A stretch of 64,000 nucleotides of DNA, taken from assembly GCA_015680685.1 (NCBI GenBank), contig MNCI01001640.1:63563-127562 (forward strand), read 5' to 3'. Position 1 is the stretch's first letter; each line of letters starts with the position of its first letter. Shown here in pieces: positions 49,310-62,053 of the stretch. A program made the translations under genes and the position numbers. A model generated the notes under the pieces. That model ran no database searches, had not been told where the DNA came from, and saw only the letters and a program-made list of their open reading frames with translations. This stretch comes from Gnetum montanum. Its lineage: Eukaryota > Plantae > Gnetophyta.

Positions 49310-49920
49310 ATTTTAAGGTTGTAGCAGACCGCCTAAATGCTAAAGTGTAAAAATGCTAGTTTAAGGTCTTTGCAACTTGCTAATGGGTTAGATTCGCAAA
49401 TTAAAAGTATTAGTTTAAGGTCGTCATGGACTACTAATGACATTGAAGCCATGGATCAAAATTTCTAGTTTAAGGTCTTTACGGACCACTAACGGGCTAT
49501 TCTAACGAAACTATGAGGTATTAGTTTAAGGTCTTTGCAAACTGCTAACAAGATTGAATCTATGCATCAAAATTGCTAGTTTAAGATCTTTGTGGACCAC
49601 TAACTTGATTGATATTATGTGTTAGAGCTACTAGATTAAGGTCTTTGTGGACCACTAATGAGTTAAAGTTGTCAGTTAAAATTGCTAGTTTAAGGTCTTT
49701 GTGGACCGCTAACGACTTGAAGTTGTGAGTTAAAATTGCTATTTTAAGGTCTTTACAAACCATTAATAGGCTATTCTAGTGAAGCTAAGGAGTATTAGTT
49801 TAAGGTTTTTTCATACTGCTAACATGTTATGCTTACAAATCAAAAGTTTTTTTAGTTTAAGGTCTTTGTGGACCATTAATAGGTTACTCTTGCGAAGACA
49901 AATGACTAGTTTAAGGTGGG
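49310..49920 (-). repeat. Regularly spaced array: about 12 x 27-bp conserved unit plus 27-29-bp variable linker, upstream of pol (copy F)
   Basis: TAGTTTAAGGTCTTTGTGGACCACTAA-like unit at about 55-bp period. Confidence 0.95.
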
Positions 49921-50053
49921 TCAAGTCTTTTAGTCAGGCCCATCTACCATGATGCAAATAGTGATACAATGCTATGGGGGAGTGCTACGTTGTATGAAGC
50001 ATCCCACATTAATTGGGGTGAGTAAATCACAAGTTCTTTTTCGCTGTATTGGC

Positions 50054-50062
50054 TATAAATAG
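50054..50062 (+). promoter_or_regulatory. TATA box of the antisense gene (copy F)
   Basis: GGCTATAAATAGGGG about 140 bp upstream of ATG 50196. Confidence 0.7.
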
Positions 50063-50195
50063 GGGTTTACCATTGGTAAACTCATCATTTTCACCGTAAG
50101 TGCACAGAGCCCACATCTAGAGTGTAGAGCTATTGTACCGATGAAGAGAAATGTAGTTTAGCATAAAAACTAAGAAAGAATATACAATTTAGATG

Positions 50196-53100
50196 ATGGA
50201 ACCCAACAGATAATGCAAACACCTAACACTTGCCAAGGTAGACAAGGTGAAAGAATCCCTGGGACGTCTGTCGCAGGTGCGCGTCATAGTGCGGGACAAA
50301 ACTCCATCGGCCTCGTAAGTTGTTATGCTACCTTTATTCTTTCATATTTCTATTGTTGCTTCTACTTCATTTTTATTTTTCTTTTTGTTTTGTGATATGC
50401 ATTTTCTATCATTATTTTTATTGCTATTATTATTTTTTCCATTACACCACCATTGTTGCCGATTCATCCACGATGAATGTACAAATGTTACGGTAAGGTT
50501 GCATGGAGTGTTGCTTGGACTACCATTGCTATGGCAAACTTACCATAGGGTTTTAGGTGATTTTGGAAACTTGGTATGCGAATAGCGTTACATACGATCC
50601 TCAAGAGGGTTTGGCCATTCAAATGATTCAATAGCGTAACATGTGTCTATCACAGCGTAGTGAAAATCATTTTCTTAGGCAATAGCTTTGTTGAAACAAG
50701 TGCAGTGCATTGAATTATTTCTTATTTAAAAAATTTCATTTAAAAATTTACCTTGATAGTTCTGCTATGCTACATGCATGGAAAGAGTTACGCTATGCTA
50801 TTTGTAACTGGCTAATCTTAGTACGCTACATGCGAACTTTACTTGAGAATGCTATTAACATTTTTCATTATGTTGTGCAGGGTGATGCTAAGGCCAATTT
50901 TGATCATCCTAGAAATTGTAGGGATCCTGTGCTGCATAAGTGAACCAGTGGTCAATGTTCCTTTGCCCCATGGATGTGTGGGGAAATAGGTGGTCTGGTT
51001 CAAGAAAGGTACACGTGACTTCCTACAATTTCTCCTCCAGCACTTTAGTGTGATCATCTGGTCACACTTATTGGAGGAGGTAGCAGCCATAATAATAGAC
51101 ACTCTGTTCCCTAGGAAAAATTGAGGTGTTCTGAGATTCCTGACCGATGGAGAAATTAGGAGTGGGTAGGGAGAACGATCTAGTCAGTGCCCAAAAAAAT
51201 TGAAGTGTTTAGCTTGGATCTGGAAAATGCCCGAATATAATTACTACCATCAATACAACACACTATTTATTTCTTGCTACATGGGAACTTTTTATTGGCG
51301 GGTGAGTTCTATAAACATATTTCAGTATGCTATGCAATTCTTGCTATGCTAGTAAAATGTTAACAATGTATCTTTGTTACCAGGTTTTTCATCAACAAGA
51401 GTGGGCTTCATAGTGATACGAATGCATTGGCCTTAGCACAGATGCCACTATGGGAATTTTCCTCCACCGAGAATATGTGCGTAGGCATGATAGTCTAATG
51501 TAGTGGTGAGTACAAAACCTACCCAACCCGGTACTCCTAGTTCTATAACAGATGTAAGGAGTACGGTTGGCTGGATGGGAATTGGGCATCTCTCAGGCCG
51601 ATCACCATTGAAGATGTATTGGTGGATCTTTCACCATTCCCATCACTGTTTAAACATAATAAGCTAAATTGTGAGTCATTTGCATGTTCGAATGTTGCCC
51701 CTCTTTTCCTTTTCTATTTTTTTCCTAGTCTAAGTTTCTATTTTTTTTTTAATTTGCAAAATGCTATAGCGATGAAGAAATCCAAGGAGGTGATGGTGAT
51801 TACCTCTAGGCATCACAAGGCCAACATCTACTTCAAGTACGGGGAGGTAGAAGAGACCCAAAAATGGATTTGCAATGGGGTTCCAGAATCACTCGCCAAA
51901 AATCTTTGGGATGATGGGCTCATGGAATTGTTCTTAGCTGTGAACCCAAGCATCCCTGCTGGTGAGATGCTTACCCTAGCCAACTCATTTTCTGAAAAGG
52001 CAAACCACTTCCACGCATGTGTGCACAATGTGTTGGTGGTCCTTGAGATCAATGATGAACTATTTGGGGACCTCTTCAGTGTCCCTACTTATGGTCTTCA
52101 TATAGGAGTAAAGACCAAAAAGGAGTTGAACCATCAAAGGGATATTGAGGAGTAGCTAGGGGCAGAGAAAGGGTGAAAGGGGATACCCATGGAAGTGATC
52201 AAGCCAAAAGCGGCCAAAATGGTTTACCCCACCTTCCATGCCCAAGGTTTCCCCAAGTTACTTTCCCAAGGCAAGATCATTGGGAATGATAAAGCTTAGA
52301 TAATGAGGGAGGTCATGGAAGAGGGGGCCCATTACAACTAGGCCAAGCATCTATGCAAAGGTATGCAAGCTAAAATGGTCAAGCTTCATTAGAAGCCTAA
52401 GTCTCATTTCAATGTGCATCATGCCTTCTTCATCACTTGTTTGCGATGGTTTGCAAAATTCTTGGTGGTTCATGAAAATGGAGTTTGGGTGATGCAAGAT
52501 CGTAATCGGATTTCCAAACAACGGATTTTCCAAGTCTTTCAGATCAGTCGAGCCCAGGATCCCCTAGAAGCCATCGGGAAGTCATTTTCCATGATGACTA
52601 AGGATCGGGTGACCTGAAACTTCCATGGCCAGGACAACATAGGAGAGGTGGCCCCTACTACTACGAGTAGCATATCATAGAAGAAACGTCTCATCGCAGA
52701 GATAGTGGACACTAAGTTGCAGTGAAAAAGGTCTTTTTTGGCTAAGGAACATCCCTGTACAAACAAAAAAGGGGGTAGAAACTATGGTTTAAGTTACACA
52801 GAATATAGCCTCCCATTGGTAAATGTTATTCTCCATGTTTGTTTCTTCACTGGTTTGGTTAATGCCTACTATGTTGTGCTATGCTAGGTAGTGTAGCATA
52901 GCATAGCATTAATTTTAAGTTAACATGCTAAGCCTAATGCGAACTTACTTTACTACTAGAGGAAGAAGAAGAAGAAGAAGGTGATGAAGAGATGTTGGCC
53001 TCTAAAATGAGGATGGCTAATAAAGATGTGGGGGCCTCAAGCATAGAGGGAAGGGCCCCGGTCAAGAGAGAAGGGCCTCCAATCATGAAGGGAGGAGCTC

Positions 53101-54770
53101 CCTTCAATGAAGAAAACACTCTTGGTGATGAGGAGGACATCTCTACCGACAAGGAGGACTCCCATACTAATGAAGAGGATGCTGGCACCTTAAAAAGAAA
53201 GACCCAAGTGAATGAAAAGGAAGCTCGTGTCAACCAGGAAGGGATCTCTACTGATGATTGCTTTGCTGACTGTAGTTCAACACCGGATGAGTAGATGCAC
53301 GTAGAGGGCACTGCTATAGTGTTAAGTCAGTAAGGAGGGGAGCTACAAGTAGATGCTAGTGATTTTGACAATATATTTGATAGTATGTTGATGGGCGACC
53401 TCCCCACTCTTACCCTTGAGGGTTTGCTAGGTAGGATCCTTTATATTATCATTTGCATTACTCACATGCTTTATTGTAGTCCATCTCAGTCATTACTGAT
53501 GTGTTTAGTTATATGGAAAACACTGCTGTTAATACTATAGTCCCTTCCTTGATTTGTGTGCAACCATGGGCCAAGACCTCTGACAAGTTTACATTCATGC
53601 AAGGGGTTATCGATGACATGATCTACCATCTCAAGCAGGTGGATCTAAAAGTTGGTAAGTGAAGTGACTATGCTAGGATCTTCGAGTTTCTATGCTACAC
53701 CTTTTGGATTGCTAAATCTTTGCTATGCTACTATGACTAATGCATTTTTGTATGTGGCCAACATCTTCTCAACTCAAGTGGGATCAAAAATGGCAATGAA
53801 GGTTGATGTCGTGCCTACATTCCCACCTGAAGTGACTAAGGTGCCTCGTCACATATACAATCAGGCTAGCGAATGTGCATTGCACTCGGCATGCTGATTT
53901 TGTGATTATAGGCATGTGAATGAAGACTTGTGGAAATGGGTCCAGAGGCTCAAGAAAGAGAAGGCCATCCTGATCGTCAAGGTGAGAGACATCTGCTCCA
54001 AGAATGAGTTCCTCTGAGCCTGTGATACCAATGATGGTAGTTGGCCCATAGTCATCATATATTACACAAGATATTGCATGGATGTGTGTCATAACAATGA
54101 GGCCACCCATGAGATAATTAAGTAGTGAATGTAGATGGACTTGTTGGCTTAGAAGAACCAAGACTAGAAGGATTATAGCACTAGATTTTATAGTGGGGGT
54201 AGTCCCTAAATAACCACAAGCATATGTATAAACTGGAACGTGCCACCTATCACAAACAAAACTGGGATGCTTTAGTGAACTTCTATACTCATAAAACATT
54301 CCTAGATGCCATTGATACTTCTAAGGCCTACAACAAGTTCATGCAACAAGTGATGATCAGCGAATCTCCTGAATGGGAAGTGAATCTTCCCATAAGTGAG
54401 ACCACCACTCCCTCCTCTTCTCTGGGACCACCAAGATGGACGGCCATCTAGAAGGATAAAGTTGCAGTAAACACTGAATTGAGCAATAGGAACTAGGCAG
54501 ATATTACAAAGAAGGAGGTCTAGCACTGCCTTGAGATTAGATTAGATTGTATACCCCCTAATATAGATGCGGGGCCGTCTTGGGTTAGTCACTCTCAATG
54601 ATGCAATAATTTAGTTTTTATTCTAGCCTTTATGTGTAACTATAGTTGACCACTTCAATTTTTTTATGTTGTAGATTACGGATGAAAAAGCAGGGCCCCT
54701 AGAGGAAGGAAATGATAATGCCGAAGAAGATGATGCAGAGGGAGATGATGCAAGGGATGATGATGTATGA
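50196..54770 (+). pseudogene. Antisense multi-exon accessory gene of copy F; premature stops
   Basis: Exon 1 50196-50314 (GTAAGT), exon 2 50881-51301 (GTGAGT), exon 3 from 51384, exon 4 from about 51770, acidic exon about 52960-53430, 3' exon to about 54583 (GTTAGT), last exon 54675-54770 (TGA). Confidence 0.8.
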
Positions 54771-54954
54771 CAACAAGGGCTTTCATTTTTTTATTTTTTC
54801 AAAACTATTGCAAACATTGTTTATTTGAAATCTTGAATGAAAAAAAATGAATTATATCAAGATTGGTGTTATTCTAGCTTGTGCATTACGTATGTTATCT
54901 ATGCGATCGGTTTTTTATGGTTTTAATGTTTTTAATGTATCTTTTTGGGACATT

Positions 54955-55170
54955 GCAGGCCATGTGTAGTTTTAGGCCATTTTGGGCCATGGGGTAATGT
55001 AAATAAAAGAAAAAGTTTTTCCAGGTTTAGGCCTTAGCAGGCCATATGTAGTTTAAGGCCATTTCAGGCCATCGCGACTATGTAGTTTTAAGCGGTTTTA
55101 GGCCATGCATAGTTTTAGGCCATTTCTGGCCATGGGGTGAGGATATAGTTTTAGGCCATTTTGGGCCATT
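54955..55170 (-). repeat. Hairpin-motif array downstream of gag-pro (copy F), about 7 units
   Basis: TAGTTTTAGGCC-N6-GGCC units on the plus strand. Confidence 0.85.
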
Positions 55171-55299
55171 ACAATGATGTAAAGAAAAAGGATGTGATAA
55201 TGGTTTAAAGGATTTAGTTATGCAACCTAGCGTAGATGGATGTATGCAAAGTGAATAAGCAATAAGTGTACAACAGATGTTAACTAGGTAGGAAGCAAT

Positions 55300-58200
55300 G
55301 GGGTTACTACGCTATGTGTAACTGCTTTCTAACCCATCATGGATTTGGTAAAATGTAGGGATGAGATGCTTTGCTGTGGCACTCACTCATCTACATCGTT
55401 GTCATTTTCTTGGAAGGGCAACTTGACCCACGCATTTTCATTTTCTGAGATGGCATGTTGGGCTAGCTCTTTTTCTAAATAGTTAGTATCTACAGAGACA
55501 AAAACCTATTTCTTAGAGGTTATGACCTCTAAGCCTTGCTCCATATCTACATTATTTATTGCTTAAGTTGCTACCTCATCATCATGGATCACCACCTCCC
55601 TACCTGCATAGGGTAGTTGGATCTTCTGATGTATGAATGAAGAGATGATTCTAAGTTGTGCTAACCATGACCTCCCAAAGATTAGGTTAAACCTAGGCAT
55701 CTCTTCCACCATGATAAATGTTGCATTCGTGGGGAATTAGTCCCCTGCCACAAAGTCAATGTGGACAATGCTTTTCACCATGACTCGTGCCCCATTGAAT
55801 GACTTCAAGCATGGCATTTTCATGGGTTTGATCCAGTGTACCAAACCCAGCTTATCCACAATAGGGAATGGGATGACATTTGTAGTCACCCCATCATCAA
55901 CGTGTACCCTTCAGATCTTATGTTGGCCAACCTGAATTATGATGAATAGAGGTGTTGTGGTCACTTGACCCTTTTCAGGGTCTTTTCTAATGGAATCATC
56001 ATGGAATTTCAACTAGGATGGCTATGGTTCTATGGGTGCGGAAGGAAGCATGATTGATTGATTGCGTTCTCTTCTACTGGCATGTTCTCGACAACTGGTA
56101 TTGCTGTCAACATGCGAACTAGAATGTCATGGTGTGTAGTGGAAGTCATAATCAGGTCGTACAAGCTAAACATTGTGTTTTTTTTAGGGCCTAGTTGACC
56201 TGAGTGAGAGTGCTTAAGAGGTCTCAGCCACCTTCCTATTGATTGCCTTTCTCCTCTTCCATTTGTCCTAGGAGACAAATTTCCAAAGGAGGGACAGTTT
56301 TAGGTTTGGGGTCAAACCCTTTTAGGTGAGGTGCAAAAGATTGTGCACACATAGCAACATTATATTTTAGCAACAAGGACATAAACATAGAGGGTGAGAG
56401 CATAGGCTTGGAAATACCTATGGTGGTATGTTTTGTTGATGCCTCACCTATCAAGAACCCTTCTTGTTTCTTTGGATGAGAAGGCTACGGTACTATATTA
56501 TGTGGGGTGGGGGTGGTTGAGTGGCTTGGCCCCCTGATGATGAATGATGCTTGTAGTGTTAATGCAGTTGATAGTGGTGTAGTTTTGCTTACAGGTAGTG
56601 CAGGGGCAGATGTCTAGTGAGGGATTCTTAGGATAAATAGTTGCTATGATTTTTTCTTAGTTGTTGGTAGTGTTGGTGCGCTACGTTGAGGTATATGAAC
56701 CACAAATGGTTGTTGGGGTGGCTTGGGATTACTATCAACATCAATAGTGTTAATGATGTAACTAGCATGGTTGGCATTAAGTGGATCTATGTAGACATGC
56801 AAAAATTTATTTTTGGGATGCACTAGGTTGCTTTCATCTAGAACCAGTTTCCCTTGATCAATCATTCTTTGAATGTCACCCTTTAATGCCAAGAAATAAT
56901 CCATATTGTGACCACACTGCTGATGGTAGTCACAGAACTACTCTAGCTTGAAATTCTTAGGAACGTGCGTCTCATTGGGAAAAGCCAAGGAGGGATTCCT
57001 AAGGAGTTCCCAGTACTATTGATGTTTTTTGGCTCCCTCCTCTAACATCCTCTTGTGTTGGATATACCCTACCCCCAGTAATTTCTTTAGAAGTTCTAAA
57101 GGCTTGATGGGTAGCGGGGTGTACTTAGAGCAATCTTTATGCTTAAAGTTAGGTTTGGGTGGTGGAGATGTATTGGGTGCCGACATCAAGGGTTGGGCTA
57201 TGTTGTTTGGTGTAGGTGTGGGGTTAGTTCCTCTTGTTATTATTATTTTTGGGCTTGGCTTCATTTTCCATAGCAATGATACCGTTGTCTTTGTCCCTCT
57301 TCGCAGAGGTATTCTTATATGCAATGTAGGCCAGGTCTTTACTTTCCTCGGCCATGTCTTGTATGCTCTTGGTCTACGGGAAAGCATGACTAAGAGTTTT
57401 TGGGATGAGATAGTACAATTTATACTTAATGAAGTCATTCACTGCACCCTTAAAGATGGCCAGCAGATGGGCCTTTGTGATGGGGTTGCAAATCTTGTTA
57501 AGGGTAGCGCTCCACCATTGTATGAATTTCTGGACTGCTTTGAGTGGATCTTGTTAGACACTCATTAACTCATCCAACGTAACGTCTGGTCTCAAGTTAT
57601 ACTTGAAACACATTACAAACTGGGTTAGCAGCTCCTCTAGGATTAAGATGGAGGAGTGTGGGAGTGCACGATACCAATTTAGAGCCTTGCCCATTAGAGA
57701 CATAGTAAATACACTAATGATTGTGTGTGACCATTTTTAAAAAGGAAGGGACTTAGATCTAAACGTAACAAGATGGGCGTTGGGATCACATTCCCCATTG
57801 TATTTTGTAAAATAAGGAAGTGCATCCTAGGGGGTAGTGTTAACATGAGGACTGCCAGGCTGATGGGATCATCATGGTAGAAATCCATGACTTGTACTGT
57901 GTCAGAACTAGTAGCCTTGAGGTGTTTGATTTTCTCAGTAAGGGTTTGGATAAGATGGAATGCTTGATCCAAACCTAGGGATGATGCAAATGGTTGGGGT
58001 GCTACAAAGGTAGCTCTGATTAGTGGAGTGGCAGGGGAAATGATGTGACCCATAGGTGGTATTGTTGGGAGCCCGTATGAAAGGTGCTACTTGAGCTATC
58101 CACCACCCGGTAGGTGCTGCCATTAGAGCAGCAACCTCTAGATATGCCATGGGGTAGGATGTTTGTGTGGCTGATGGGACCAACCATAGTCTTGCACTTG

Positions 58201-58951
58201 GTTGTACCATTTTTGGGACTTGGTATGTTTGGTGTTGAGCGTAGTGGGACACTTGCGATGGTTGTGAAATAGGAGGAGAAGTGAATGGGGTCCACCATGT
58301 GGGTAGGACTAGGCTTGCTGCTAGTGATGGAATAGGTGTAGAGGAAAAAATGGATGCAAAAACTACATGCAATTGCAATGTAGGTACAATGTGAATGTAG
58401 GGTAGGGTAGCCATGATTGGTGCATGGTGTGAAAAAGTAATAGATTGGGAAATAGTTTGTAGAGGGATAGTGGCTGAGAATGAGATGGTAGGCATGTTGA
58501 TACACCGATGGCATTTCATGACTACCCATTGCAAATGATACTGTGGGTTGCAATGATGTGGATGTGATCAAAAACGGAGAAATGTTAAAGAGTAGGTTCA
58601 TCCAGAAAGATGGGGTGGAAGGGATGGTGGCAGGGTGGGTTTGACCCTCATTCTTAGACCAGGAATCTAGTTCCTCTTACCTATCTTGGAACGTCTCATC
58701 ATAGTGAGATGCTGTGTCTCACAGCTCCCTAAGCCTAGTCAATCGTGTTAGTTGATCTATGATCCACTGATGCATTTGGATCAAAAGAATAGAAACACTA
58801 GGAGGGGGAATAAATTCCCTCCCATTATAGTAAGTGAACTTGAAGCTATGTTTGTCTTCGAGTTCTTATGCATCTAAGGGTAGATTTTCTTGAACCTTAT
58901 TGCAGAGAGAGTTGTATTTCTTGTATTTCTATGCCAAACTTTTAGGTGATC
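55300..58951 (-). pseudogene. gag: gag-protease of copy F
   Basis: Homologous to B: VMDFYHDDP, KYTPLPIKP, FCDYHQQCGHNMDY, protease HVDDGVTTNVIP, FNLIFGRSWL. Confidence 0.9.
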
Positions 58952-61900
58952 TGAAAACACCATAAAATTTTGGCCTAGCACTTTCAAAGAAGATTCAAGC
59001 TAAGTCATGCTGCTACCCAACATGAGTACAGCGTGACCAAGCTTGGAGGCCTCCGAAATAGCCCTGATGGTTCATAATTCAATGGGCCAGGTCCCCCTAG
59101 AGGCCCACAGGTGATTACACCAACCTCAAGCATCCAGAATCAAAAGTTATGGGCTTAAAATGCTTGATTTTGGCTAAGTACACTTTGGTCACACTATGCC
59201 TTATGCTGCACAGCGTAAGGATCAGTGTAATGAACTTTTGGAGCCCCAAAATTGAGCGAAAACAAGATGAAATTGAGTACAAGGACCCCCATCACCTTCA
59301 CCAAGGCCCCTAATAGCTCCTAGTCTCTAGAAAATCAAATTTTGGGTCTTAAATGAGGTATTTTTAGTTGATTACGTTGGAGCTACATTTTCTTACGCTG
59401 AACAGCGTAAGGATCACCATGACCAACTTTTGGAGCCCCAAACGTAAGTCAAAATAGGCTAAAATGAAGCACAAGGACCTCTTGTGACCTTCAACAAGGC
59501 CCCCAACAGCTCTCAACCTCCAAAAAATCAAAATTTGGGCCTTAAATGAGGTATTTACAGTTGATTATGCTGGAGCTACATTTTCTTACGCTGCATAGCA
59601 TAAGGATCAACGTCACCACATAAAATAGGCCCAAAACTTCATCAAAATGAGTTAAAAGATAGCATCCAGAGAATCCTAGAGAGTAGGTAGTAGTCAAGCA
59701 TCAAAAAAAAAGGGGATCAGCATCAAAAAATCAACTCAAAATAGAGCATGACGACTTGGTGATGCTGGGATCACACTTTGGTCATGTTACACAATGTGAC
59801 CAACAAAAATATAGCCAAAACAGCCTCCGAATGAGCTCAAATTTAACAAGAAGCATCCTCTAGACCTCAAGCATCTAGATCCACTCTTGGAGTAGCCTTC
59901 AAATACCGAAAGTGGGCTTCAAACTCATCATTTTTGTTTCAGATGCTGGATGATCACACACTGGATACTAGATGCTGACACCAAGATGCCAGGACATGCC
60001 AGACCATAGTTTCAGAATGCCAGAGAAAAACTTCTTTGTTGTAATAGAGCATTATTTTGTAAATTTTCTTTTTTTATCCTTTGAGCATGCCAAGCTCTTA
60101 CACTGTGGATTGCACACACCACTGTAAGACTTGGTCATGCTAGATGTTGTACATTGTAACATTTTGTGCATCTGGTCAATGCGCACACCTGTCATCCAAT
60201 CTGAATTTTTATCACCTCACAACCATTGATCTTCTCCCAAATCTGAGTCTCACGTCCAAAACCCTATAAATCTCCCATTTTTCCACTAGATCAGGGTTCA
60301 AAAAATTGGAATCTCACACACTTAAGAAATCTTGGCATCAATCTCATACGCTAGGCTTCATACAAACTTGGACATTGTACACCTGCAATCCAAAACCTGC
60401 ATCTTCCCAGCATCCGTTCTCATCCATCAGGGCTAAATGTCTTCCTTGCGACCACTTCGCAACTGTGTTATGACTGGTGCACATTCTAATTGTTTATCAA
60501 TACAAACAGTTTGCATTATTTCCTAGATTCGTGTAGTTTACATTATTGTTCTTGTTCATATTTTTTCCTATTTTCATTATCCATTATTTAAGTAGTTTAC
60601 ATTTTTTCCTTCATTTATGTTAAGTTTTTCATTTGTTTACGTATAATCCAATGCATCGGAATTGCGTACATTTGGTAAAGTCCTCGTTTGATCTGGGTGT
60701 GGACCATTCAAGGCACTCTGCCTCCATTGATTTCTAGCTTGCCCTCAGGTGAAGGTAGGGTCATACTGTTTCATCCGTAGATCTCTCGGTGTCCATTCAT
60801 TCCAGCCTCTCATCGATGATTTCAAACAGTATAGTAAAATGGCACTAGAAGGAGGGACCTTTCTCTATTAGATCCACCTCTTAGCATCCTAGATCCAATG
60901 TTCACACGTTGCGGTTAGTGTCAAGGGTCCTACTCTACCTTGTTCCTAGTGTTCAGGCACTATTTCCTACTGATAAATCTTGTGTTCTAGTCCAGATGCT
61001 ATTTTAGAGTTTTCCAGGCACATTCTTGCTTAAATTGTAGTGTCTTGCACCTTCCTCTCTTAGATCCAAACACTTCCCATAGTGTCTTGCACTCTCTATC
61101 AGTTTTAGACATTGTTTATAGCATCCCTAATCCTTATCTTTCTCTTTTGACGCTATTCAAAACGGCCAGATCTAAGTTTCCTTCTTAGATGCTATGTCCA
61201 ACACGTAGTTTTCTTACCTAAATGCCCCATCCAGCGTCAAGACGTTGTGCCTTAGCTTCAAACATTGTACGTAGTTTCCACACATTGCAGTTGGTCACAT
61301 TGTAGTTCCTCATCCTGCAGTTGCTCACACTGTAGTTGCTCACACTGCAATTGGTCATGTTGCTATAGTGCTTACATTGCTATAGTGCTCATGCTGTATG
61401 ACACCACTCCTTTGGCCTTCACACCCTATTTTTCTTAACATTAGCACCATATGCTACTCCTTGCCCTACCTTATTCGCTGTGCACATTAACTATATGATG
61501 TACCTCTTGAACTGCTTGTATGCTGCTCTTGTTGTTCATATGATGCAGTACATTCTTATATGCTGAAACTCCTTTGTATACTATTCAACACTTTGTCATA
61601 TTTCCCCTCTTCAAAACTTAGCCATATTTTCTCTATTTAACACTTAGCCATTAATTTTCTTTTGCTTACACTATTACATCTAGAAACTTTGACAATGGAC
61701 CCTATGCACACCAACACCATCGCCATGCCCGTTACCGTCTTTGGTACTACAATATTGGGTCCCGTCATTGCCACTGAGTCCATGTTCACCCTTGGCAAGA
61801 TGAACTTTCAGGGGCCACCTCGTCGGTCACTGAGATTTCAAGGTAAATATCCCATATTCACCATCTTAACCCCTGAAAAATAAAACTTTATTTGTGTTAA

Positions 61901-62053
61901 AATCCAAGCTAACCTTGCCGTTGACCAAGCCAAGCTGAAAGCAAAGAGACATTATGAGCTAATTTACAAAGGAGGTTATGACTTCATTCCCACCACCTAC
62001 GATGTCATCCCACTCACTGAATCCCACCATGATCTCCTATCACAACTCCTCAT
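58952..62053 (+). mobile_element. Tat-like element G: 5' LTR (58952-60833), PBS (60840-60859), leader and gag start; inserted in gag of F
   Basis: F homology stops at ...AGGTGATC followed by TG; CCCTATAAAT near 60263; PBS TGGCACTAGAAGGAGGGAC; gag N-terminus RRSLRFQG...VKIQANLAVDQ..YDFIPT homologous to B, C and F. Confidence 0.85.
59190..59640. repeat. About 190-bp tandem repeat (about 2.3 copies) in U3 of LTR G
   Basis: TTACGCTG.A.AGCGTAAGGATCA...TTTTGGAGCCCC...CAAGGCCCC...TTAAATGAGGTATTT recurs. Confidence 0.85.

Larger units (their letters stand above)
46900..58951 (-). mobile_element. Tat/Ogre-like retrotransposon copy F (gag-pro, antisense gene, RT-RH-aRH); both ends lost
   Basis: Colinear with copy B; integrase missing past about 46900; 5' end interrupted by element G at 58952. 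Confidence 0.9.

Noticed and set aside
49310-49920. CRISPR array (repeat plus spacer appearance)
   Set aside because: Eukaryotic retrotransposon context, no cas genes, repeats are degenerate and several linkers are clearly related to each other (e.g. GTTAAAGTTGTCAGTTAAAATTGC and CTTGAAGTTGTGAGTTAAAATTGC)
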